This document shows positions 28,901 to 36,041 of a stretch of 64,000 nucleotides of DNA, one piece after another. Under the pieces are notes generated by a model. That model was not told the DNA's origin and made no database searches. It saw only the letters and a program-made list of their open reading frames with translations. Each line of letters begins with the position of its first letter. Position 1 is the first letter of the stretch. Source of the stretch: Phycisphaerae bacterium (lineage in GTDB: Bacteria; Planctomycetota; Phycisphaerae; UBA1845; Fen-1342); NCBI GenBank assembly GCA_963675745.2, contig CAXXWX010000019.1:128001-192000 (forward strand), read 5' to 3'. The translations under genes and the position numbers were made by a program.

Positions 28901-31031
28901 CGGCTGGTCCGACGCCGGATCGGTCTGGGAGTCCGACGAGCACACCGATCGCGACCCGCGTGTCGTGTTCGTGAATGACACAACCGCCGTCCTGCTCTGG
29001 ATCCGCAATGAGCTGACGCACGCAGAGACTGCGGCGCTTACTGGTGATGTCGCTGGGCTGAACACATACTTCAAGAGCCAGGAGGTCTACTACGCGATGT
29101 GGCTGGCTGGCGTGGGTTGGACCCCGCCTCAACGCGTGACCAACAATACATTTGCCGAGCAGATGCCCAAGCTCGCCGCCGACTCTTTGGGGCGCGCCTG
29201 GGCGACGTGGTTCCGCGTCGACGCCGCCGAGCCGTTTCTCGAGGACCCCATCGGTGATCCGGTGCTCCAGGTGTATGAAACATCTCTGCTTGCGCTCGCA
29301 CTCGACCCGGCGCTGGGCCCGATCGGACCCGAGCAGCTCATTACCGGTGACGACGCGGCAGTGCCGGCCGCTGATTATGCCGGGGAAGTTGCATTCTCCC
29401 CGCTCGGCGGGGAGGACGCAGGCATGGTGGTATGGGTCCGTGAGCGACAGGATGGGACGCGAGACCTGATGTACTCACAGTGCGAGGCAGGCATGTGGAC
29501 CACGCCGGCCGTCGCATACGACGGCACGACCTACCCCGGTATCGACATGCCGAGCCTGGCGCTCAGCAGCCGTGACAGCGCCGTCGTTGGGTTCATCAGC
29601 GATCCAAACACCACAGTGGAGGCTGTCCGCGTCGGGTTGACCGGCGGCGAGCTCCTGGCCGGACATATCACGCGCGACGGCCCGAGCTTTAATTTCACGC
29701 CGCCACCGACGGTCAACTTCCTGCGCTGCGTAACCAGCACTGATCCTGCGGTGGTCACATCCAACCCGTACTACGCACGCTGGCCGCAGGTACTGCACCT
29801 TGGCGGCAACAAGTTCGGCGTGATCGCCCGGAGCATGTCCAACCCGCGCCAGTATGACCCCGACGGGGAAGTCGGTTTTGCAGTAGCGGATTTTGCGCTG
29901 CCAGACGCCACTTGGCATGTGGCCAATCTCACTGACGACGATCAGATCGACGCGGAAATCGGTGCCACGGTGGTCGGCGACAAAGTGCGTGTGATTCGCA
30001 CAATCGGCCCAGAGCTGATTACAACCGGCGTTGTCGACGTCATCGACTTCGACCTGCTGCCCGATCTCGCTATCGTCGACGCACAGCTTTCAAACCGCTT
30101 CGCGGCACCAGGGCAGTTGCTGCGCGTGCACGTGGCAACGCGCAATCTCGGGTTCCGCTCGGCCTCCGCAAGCCACCAGGACACCGTTGTGCGCGTCGGG
30201 TACGTCGATGACGCTTCGTTTGTGGAGTTGGGCAACGTCGCGTTTACGTTTGACGTCGCTCCTGGAGAGATCGCGCAGGTTGCGGTGGATATCGTCACAC
30301 CGCTAGACGTCAGCTTGCTACGCATCCAGGTAGATCCGTTGGGCGAGGAGACCGTCCTCGACAACAACGAACTCGGCATCGCAATCGGCGTACAACCGCC
30401 GCAAGGGCTCACGTGCCGTGTTGTCCCGGTCGGGGACCAGGAGTATATTCGGCTGCGGTGGGACAACGCAGACATCTACGACCGGATCCTCGTGTACCGC
30501 GATGGACAGCGCATTGCTCAACTGCGCGGCGATGCGACGGAGTATGCTGACACAGATGCCGAGTTTGGACCGCATTCCTGGTCATTGCGGGGCGTCGTCC
30601 TCAGCACCCGTTCGCCGCAGGCTAGCGCAATCTGCGACGGCAGCGTATGCCCGCTCGGCGACCTCGACTGCGATGGCGAGACCAGCAATGAGGATCTGTC
30701 GTTGTTCCTCGGTTGCATCTCTGGGCCATATGAGCCATATGACTTCGGCTGTGAACTCGCCGACATGTCCGGCGACGGTGACGTTGATCTGGCTGACTGC
30801 ATGAGGTTTCAGCGTCGATTCAGCGCGACGGCATGGACAGTCGGCGACCTCAACTGCGACGGCTGGGTGAATAACGGCGACATCGACCCATTCGTGTTCG
30901 CCTTGTCGTATCCCGAACTGTACGCCGACGAGTACCCGGGTTGTAACATCATGCTCGGCGATATCAACGGCGACGGTTGGATGAACAACGGCGACATCGA
31001 TGCGTTCGTCGAACTGCTGGCCGGCCAATAG
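25905..31031 (+). CDS. Large secreted multidomain protein (IPT/TIG, PKD-like, CARDB-like, dockerin-like repeats)
   Basis: Signal peptide; WYSHDAGG..GTVGQPDA..GFW N-motif; GGTPIQIFGQGF; DDPDGEVVEYEW; PDLAI..NNEL; four GD(L/M/I)xxDG repeats. Confidence 0.85.
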   Translation: MRSAIKTIVAITVLTLTVLSVDLPTRADDGVTGEPNHPAARNPGATVPWYSHDAGGARGTSSSYQVLGTVGQPDASTVLITPGGLQLTAGFWQPFITPQIDRVSPPLLDSAGGTPIQIFGQGFGPGLTVRINGATVTNLVVIDQWRMTALAPANPAGTYDVDIIQTAAGAAVATLPEAVSYGTARARPIADLESAHLGDRIVFSWSNPLVYDQIFISGSDGSEYTLPGDATSFVVSPAPPDLSAEYTLTPSIQGEPAHASVATVVHPTINMTCEREGVDRLGHITNRSIRLRGDARDVAGAYFSTTLPYDYGFKLVALLKRGSNTTNTGALRADLYDISDPNITVATASYGDLAKFTSFKLEVAQFTGLLPAGDYGVRLYVDGGAPDIVEFEVMEYFKDGETLPDPGPPYPCPPYAAFFVSPNVCGEIPPVVSGIELNRVTEAENGVLGVVAEAIADDPDGEVVEYEWRLVSESPLSEKSDDSSVIARVTLTPVELMFIWQWYFTVPEYGDYNVRVWVRDNDGLRAWGSKTLQVYPPGDPPAAGQGPRVSHLSPDPNDGPLSLVPGVSALDPNTPAVFQEFRAYVQSQPGTMVANVSMELRDADDDTLLAPAESATTALTGAAGFWHARFNISALPRREQVVLRIHASDSAGIPSATDWLLTLSPIFDADCLNYVKTDLTYDPNAGQYDVAFTLPDDPNWFNCPITIPVIDVELQNRVVASFKTAFRLLEGLWSSEKLRGEIIAEFFSIDVLDKSWEANAVGEPTEAPEFGADYELVSTRKLHDTLKFDKYLLNDYPLYEMLFFRVTLDVRILAWYDTLLKNVLLNLFGDEPCVGLSATALPCGRADAEGTVKVSAVVAWVEGGAHGKILGAFPITLDYVPPASIRPTFGWCFKFNISWFARVCYDVWFSSGCEEIGGDLINTHIQGPGDRDTCSQIEPCDFGDIELSRPLRQANAPFHSPDQASSPDGQHTIAVWIDNGDPNGPTYKPDVFFKVDSGGGWSDAGSVWESDEHTDRDPRVVFVNDTTAVLLWIRNELTHAETAALTGDVAGLNTYFKSQEVYYAMWLAGVGWTPPQRVTNNTFAEQMPKLAADSLGRAWATWFRVDAAEPFLEDPIGDPVLQVYETSLLALALDPALGPIGPEQLITGDDAAVPAADYAGEVAFSPLGGEDAGMVVWVRERQDGTRDLMYSQCEAGMWTTPAVAYDGTTYPGIDMPSLALSSRDSAVVGFISDPNTTVEAVRVGLTGGELLAGHITRDGPSFNFTPPPTVNFLRCVTSTDPAVVTSNPYYARWPQVLHLGGNKFGVIARSMSNPRQYDPDGEVGFAVADFALPDATWHVANLTDDDQIDAEIGATVVGDKVRVIRTIGPELITTGVVDVIDFDLLPDLAIVDAQLSNRFAAPGQLLRVHVATRNLGFRSASASHQDTVVRVGYVDDASFVELGNVAFTFDVAPGEIAQVAVDIVTPLDVSLLRIQVDPLGEETVLDNNELGIAIGVQPPQGLTCRVVPVGDQEYIRLRWDNADIYDRILVYRDGQRIAQLRGDATEYADTDAEFGPHSWSLRGVVLSTRSPQASAICDGSVCPLGDLDCDGETSNEDLSLFLGCISGPYEPYDFGCELADMSGDGDVDLADCMRFQRRFSATAWTVGDLNCDGWVNNGDIDPFVFALSYPELYADEYPGCNIMLGDINGDGWMNNGDIDAFVELLAGQ

Positions 31032-31193
31032 GCCGCCGCCGGTGGGGGAACAGGTGTACCGCCGGGCTCGGCGCGCTCAATGAGCGTGTTGGGGACGGGG
31101 TGTGCGATGCCGTGAGCAGGAGTTGCTGACCACTAACCCCAGGCCATGCCTGAATCCCCTCCGCGCTGCGCGCATGGAACGCCGTTACCGCGG

Positions 31194-34100
31194 CTACTCA
31201 TCCCCGTTTGCGGGGCTCGCCGCCGGCTCGCTGGTGGGTTGCGTCGTCGCCGGCCGGCTCTCCGTCGTCGTTGGGTGTGTGGTGGCTTGCCACTCCTCCA
31301 GCTTCGCGCGCCACTCGGCGGCCTTGGCGTCGTAGCCTCCGTCCTGCTCTGAGGTATGCCAGCCGTCGTAGAGCTTGACGATGCGATACAGCGCTGCGCG
31401 TTTGCGGGCGTCACTTGCAGCAGAGTCATCCTTCATTCCCCTGTAGCCCTCCAGGAGCATCGGCTCCGCCTCCGGCAACCTACCCTGTCCAGCAACCGAC
31501 TCGCCCAGCATGCTCATCGTGTTGAACCGCAGCCAGTGGTCGGACATCACCTTCTCGCGAATGTCCAGGCACTCGCGCAACAACGGCTCCGCTTCCTGGT
31601 ACCTTTGCTGTTGGATGAGGTTCCAGCCCAGCATTGCAAGCGCGTATGCAACAGAAGGGGCGCTGCTCGGCTGCGCGCTTCGTTGGGCGTCCAATGCTTG
31701 GCGGTAAAAGGGCTCCGCTTCGGCATGCTGACCCAGAGATTCCAGGCACAGGGCCACGTTGTTCAGGCTCGTCTCCACGGCAGGATGATCTCTGGGATGG
31801 AGCCGCTGGGTCATCGCCAGTGCCGCTTCATACTTGGGCAGCGCCTCCGCCGACCGGCCCAAGGCTTCCAGGCAATGCGCCACATTGTGCAGGCTCGCCG
31901 CTACGTCGGGATGGTCGCCTTGATAGAGCCGCTGCTCTATCTCCAGCGCTGCTTCATACATGCGCAGCGCCTCGGCCGACCGGCCCAGTGAGTGTAGGCA
32001 ATAGGCCACGTCGCTCAGGCTTTGCACCACCTTGGGATGGTTGCTTGGCAACGCTCGTTGGCGTATTTCCAGCGCCGCCTGGTACTTGGGCAGCGCCTCC
32101 TCCGACCGGTCCAGGGACACCAGGCAGTTGGCGAAGCACGTTAGTAGTTGTGCCGTGCCGGGGTGGCTGTCCGGGTACAGACGTTGGAACATCTCTACTG
32201 CGGCTTCGAACTTGGGCAGGGCCTCCGCCGACCGTCCAAGAGAATGCAGGCAACTTGCCAGGTTCACCAGACTCTCGGCCACGTCCCCGTTGTCGCCTTC
32301 AAAGAGCCGCTGGTTCATCGCCAGAGCCGCTTCATTCATGGGTAGCGCCTCGGCTGAGCGGCCAAGCTGCTGGAGGCAAACGCCCACGTAGTTCAGGCTC
32401 CTGGCTATTTCGGAGTGATCCCCCTCGTAGAGCCGGCGATTGATCTCCAAGGCTGCCTCAAGGTTGGGCAAGGCCTCGGCAGGCCGGCCCAAGTGTTGCA
32501 GGGAGCCGGCCACCGACATCAGAGCGTGTGCCACGGATCGGTGGTCGCCGTTATAGTCGCGCTGAAATATCTCGAGCGCCTTTCTCTGTTTCGGTAGCGC
32601 CTCCGCTGGTCGGCCCAAGTAGCTCAGACAATCAGCCGCAAGCAACATGCCCCACGCGACACCGGGACTATCTCCCTGGTCGAGCCGCTTGCGCATCTCC
32701 AGCGCCGCTTCATACGTGGCCAACGACTTCGCGTAGCGGCCAAGACGAGTCAGACACCGCCCTACCTCCATCATGGCTCGCGCGACGGTGGGGTGATCGC
32801 CATCGTGAAGCTGCTGACTGATTTTCAGTGCCCGCTCGGCGACCCGGAGTGCCTCCTCGTCGCGGGCATTGCCAGAGAGAATCAGCGAGATGGTCAACCG
32901 CAAAGCGACCTCGGTCTCTGGCTGGTCCTTCAATTGGCCGGCGTCGAGCAATTCAACGGCCTGGTTCATCGCATCCGCAACTAAGAAACCTCCATGGCCA
33001 CCATAGTAGGGGTTGCACGTGACGAGGGCCTCCGTTACGAACTTGTTGATCGTTTCGGCCTTCTTGCGTTCGCTCTCCGCCGCCGACGTTGCCGCTTCGG
33101 CCAGTTCGCGTTGCTTCTGTTCCGAAAGCAGGGCTGCCTCGGCCCGCTCGCGCTCATGAACGGCCTGCCGCCAGTAAATGGTTGAGATCACGAGCGCCGC
33201 CAGAACCACCACCAGGAACGATGCCGCCACGGCGACCGCCACGCGGTAGCGCTGCAGGTTCTTGCGCAACACATACCATCCACTGTCCCGCTTCGCCTCG
33301 ATTGGCTCGCCGGCGAGGTAGTGCCGCACATCGCGTCCGAGCTCGCCCGCCGACTGGTAACGCCGCTCGGGTGCCTTACTCAGGCACTTGAGCACGATCG
33401 TCTCAACCTCGTCGTTGATCTGCCGACGGATCGTGCTCGGCCGTGCCGGTTCGGCCTGCAAAATGTTGTCGAGCACATCACGCATGTTGCCGGCCACCTC
33501 GTACGGGAAGCGCCCGGTCAACATCTGGTAGAGAATCACTCCCAGCGAGTAAACGTCCGTGCGGATGTCAATGTTCCCCGGCACGCCCTCGGCCTGCTCC
33601 GGGCTGGCCCACGGCAGGCTGCCCACGAACTGGCCGGTTAGCGTCATCAGCGACGCGCCCGTCTCACTGCCCGAGCGTGCCAGGCCGAAGTCCAGAACGT
33701 GCGGCTGACCGTTCGCGTCGACTCGGATGTTGCCGGGCTTGAGGTCGCGGTGGATCACGCCGCGCAGGTGGGCCGCGTTGACGGCTTCACAGATCTTACC
33801 GAACAGCTCAAGCGTCTCGTCGATGCTCGGCTTGTTGCGCTCGATGTGTTCATCCAGCGCCCGTCCCGAGACGTAGTCCATGACGAAGTAATGGCTGCCG
33901 GCGGCCTCGCCGCTGTCGTGCACCGTGACGATGTTTGGATGCTTGAGCTGGCCGAGGATGGTAACCTCGCGATCGAAGCGGGCCCGGTCGGCAGCGCCCC
34001 CAAAGGGCCCCTCCTTCATGACCTTGATGGCCACCTTGCGTCTGGTGGACTGCTGGATGGCTTGGTAGACCACGCCCTGCCCCCCGCGGTGCAGTTCGCG

Positions 34101-34427
34101 GATGATTGTGTAACCGGCGATCGAGCCGGGATGGGTGGGGAGTGTAGCGGACGTGTCGCCGTGACCCTCCGTGGTGTCCTCGGGTGACAGCGTCTGCGTC
34201 ACGTCGTCGTTGGCCGCGGCGCGCTGGCGAGCCTGCTCGACAAGCCGCAGTGCGGCGAGTTGCTGGCCGAGTTCCGGCATCAGTTCGGGATGTGCAGCGG
34301 CGATCTCCTCATCCAGCACTAGCTCGCCTTCAGACCGCCGTCGCGCAACGTCCGCGACGACCTCGGTAACGCGCGCGCTTCGGCTGTCAGCACCTCCGTC
34401 TCGGACCGCTGAGTCTTCAGCAGTCAT
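31194..34427 (-). CDS. Hanks-type Ser/Thr kinase with TM helix and ~10 TPRs
   Basis: RGGQGVVY, VAIK, HRDLKPGN, DFG, ASPEQ, DVYSLG; TM VAVAASFLVVVLAALVIS; GGGGAG RBS before ATG 34427. Confidence 0.93.
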   Translation of the reverse strand: MTAEDSAVRDGGADSRSARVTEVVADVARRRSEGELVLDEEIAAAHPELMPELGQQLAALRLVEQARQRAAANDDVTQTLSPEDTTEGHGDTSATLPTHPGSIAGYTIIRELHRGGQGVVYQAIQQSTRRKVAIKVMKEGPFGGAADRARFDREVTILGQLKHPNIVTVHDSGEAAGSHYFVMDYVSGRALDEHIERNKPSIDETLELFGKICEAVNAAHLRGVIHRDLKPGNIRVDANGQPHVLDFGLARSGSETGASLMTLTGQFVGSLPWASPEQAEGVPGNIDIRTDVYSLGVILYQMLTGRFPYEVAGNMRDVLDNILQAEPARPSTIRRQINDEVETIVLKCLSKAPERRYQSAGELGRDVRHYLAGEPIEAKRDSGWYVLRKNLQRYRVAVAVAASFLVVVLAALVISTIYWRQAVHERERAEAALLSEQKQRELAEAATSAAESERKKAETINKFVTEALVTCNPYYGGHGGFLVADAMNQAVELLDAGQLKDQPETEVALRLTISLILSGNARDEEALRVAERALKISQQLHDGDHPTVARAMMEVGRCLTRLGRYAKSLATYEAALEMRKRLDQGDSPGVAWGMLLAADCLSYLGRPAEALPKQRKALEIFQRDYNGDHRSVAHALMSVAGSLQHLGRPAEALPNLEAALEINRRLYEGDHSEIARSLNYVGVCLQQLGRSAEALPMNEAALAMNQRLFEGDNGDVAESLVNLASCLHSLGRSAEALPKFEAAVEMFQRLYPDSHPGTAQLLTCFANCLVSLDRSEEALPKYQAALEIRQRALPSNHPKVVQSLSDVAYCLHSLGRSAEALRMYEAALEIEQRLYQGDHPDVAASLHNVAHCLEALGRSAEALPKYEAALAMTQRLHPRDHPAVETSLNNVALCLESLGQHAEAEPFYRQALDAQRSAQPSSAPSVAYALAMLGWNLIQQQRYQEAEPLLRECLDIREKVMSDHWLRFNTMSMLGESVAGQGRLPEAEPMLLEGYRGMKDDSAASDARKRAALYRIVKLYDGWHTSEQDGGYDAKAAEWRAKLEEWQATTHPTTTESRPATTQPTSEPAASPANGDE

Positions 34428-34467
34428 CCATCTACTCCCCGTTGCCTGCGCCGAAACAGCCAAGTTC

Positions 34468-34497
34468 AGTATATGGCGAACACCAGGGCCGTGGAAA
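34468..34497 (-). promoter_or_regulatory. Putative sigma70-type promoter of kinase 1 (-10 TATACT)
   Basis: TTTCCA..CCATATACT is conserved with the paralog at 35971-36000. Confidence 0.6.
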
Positions 34498-34550
34498 GCC
34501 GGCAGCGGGGGAGCTTACGCCGTGGGTGGTACGTGGCAGGTAATGAGCAA

Positions 34551-34577
34551 GGCGGGCGATTCGGTGAATCGCCCGCC
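34551..34577 (-). repeat. Perfect 12-bp hairpin downstream of micropeptide 1
   Basis: GGCGGGCGATTC-GGT-GAATCGCCCGCC. Confidence 0.85.
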
Positions 34578-34599
34578 CGCGGAGGCCTGGGGTTTTCGG

Positions 34600-34656
34600 T
34601 TAGAACCAGGGAAAAATGAACAAGAAATTGAGCCAGTAAAACGGATCGGGCCACAT
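34600..34656 (-). CDS. 18-aa aromatic micropeptide MWPDPFYWLNFLFIFPWF
   Basis: AAAGGAG RBS; 11/18 identical to the peptide at 35809, with synonymous third-position changes. Confidence 0.8.
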   Translation of the reverse strand: MWPDPFYWLNFLFIFPWF

Positions 34657-35049
34657 ATCAGACTCCTTTGCATGATCAGGTTTCGCGTGGCTCTCGGCGT
34701 CCACAGTCCCTCTAATGCGATCTGGGCGCCGCGCGCTCTCGCCGATTCGAAAAACCTCCAACTACCCGGCTCACCATCGTCACAACGTCGGCCGTGATGG
34801 AGGCGCATTGTCGCGTTTGACCGTGTCACCAGCAGAGCGACCACGCGATCCATGATCTTGGGACTCCCCCGCCGTCAGGATCTTCACCACACCCCGCTAC
34901 TTTCGCACCAGGCGGGGCTAATCCGATTCGTCTTGTGACGCGCGACCCGATTCAATGGCATGGCGCGTACGCTTCTGCCCCCACGAGCATTGAGGCGGGG
35001 CGGCCACGCCATGTGGGGGCGAAGATCGTGAGTTGAGGAGATTGGGGGC

Positions 35050-35700
35050 ATGTGTAGGGCTGATATATTGGCTGTGCTCGTGGGCTTGGTTCAGGTGTGC
35101 GTAAGCACAACGCTGTCGGACGTGTTCAACATGCCCGACAGCCTGACCAGCCTGGGCACCGTCACGGTGGGCAACCCAGGCAACGCGCCAGACACGCGCT
35201 ATGATCCGAACGGGTATGGTAGCGTGGACTACGTGTACAACATCGGCGAGCACGGGGTGACGGCCGTGCAGTACGCGGAGTTCCTCAACGCCGTGGCCGC
35301 AATGGACACTTACGGCCTGTACAACACGAACATGTTGTCGAGCAGTAGCCGCTGTAAGATCGAACGCAGCGGCTCGTCACCCAATTACACGTATAGCGTG
35401 GCCGGCGACTGGGCCGACCGGCCGGTGAACTACGTATCGTGGGGTGACGCGGCGCGGTTCGCCAACTGGCTACACAACGACCAACCGACCGGGGTGCAGG
35501 GACTGAGTACGACCGAGGACGGGGCGTACTTCCTGGACGGCGCGACGAGCAACGAAGAACTGCTCGCCGTGACGCGCGAGGTCGACTGGAACTGGGCGAT
35601 CACCAGTGAGGACGAGTGGTACATGGCTGCGTATCACCAGAACGACGGCGTGACGGGCAACCACTTCGACTATCCAACGAGCAGCGACAGCGTGCCGAGC
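35050..35700 (+). pseudogene. 3'-truncated SUMF1/FGE-fold secreted protein
   Basis: Matches paralogs at 5372 and 6562 up to DYPTSSDSVPS; then enters the duplicated kinase leader; GNVWEW and GFR are missing. Confidence 0.82.
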
Positions 35701-35808
35701 AGCTGGAGGTTCTTTCGAGTCAAAGAGAGCGCGCCGTGCCCGGACTGCATTGATTGGAATGTGGACGCTGAGAGCCACGTGAGACCCCCTGAAACATAGG
35801 AGCCTGTT

Positions 35809-35865
35809 ATGTGGCCTGACCCGTGGTGGTTGTTCAACTTCTTCTCCATCTTCCCCTGGTGGTAA
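35809..35865 (+). CDS. 18-aa aromatic micropeptide MWPDPWWLFNFFSIFPWW
   Basis: AGGAG RBS; same length and position relative to its kinase as the 34656 peptide. Confidence 0.8.
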   Translation: MWPDPWWLFNFFSIFPWW

Positions 35866-35886
35866 TGCAGACCTGAAGAACCGGCG

Positions 35887-35913
35887 GGCGGGCGATTCTA
35901 CGAATCGCCTGCC
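35887..35913 (+). repeat. 12-bp hairpin downstream of micropeptide 2 (one G-U pair)
   Basis: GGCGGGCGATTC-TAC-GAATCGCCTGCC. Confidence 0.85.
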
Positions 35914-35970
35914 TCGCGTGTTTCAGGCCTAATGTGTCGCCTACGTAGCCCACCCTCCCCCGATTCCACC

Positions 35971-36000
35971 TTTCCCCGGCCCGCGTGCTCACCATATACT
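35971..36000 (+). promoter_or_regulatory. Putative sigma70-type promoter of kinase 2 (-10 TATACT)
   Basis: TATACT at 35995-36000, conserved with kinase 1 leader. Confidence 0.6.
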
Positions 36001-36041
36001 ACATTGGGCCAATTCAAGCGCAAGCCATGGGGAGCGTGTCG

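Noticed and set aside
34600..35865. Micropeptides as RiPP precursors
   Set aside because: No radical SAM, P450, YcaO or transporter genes nearby and no leader/core layout; modification in trans is not excluded
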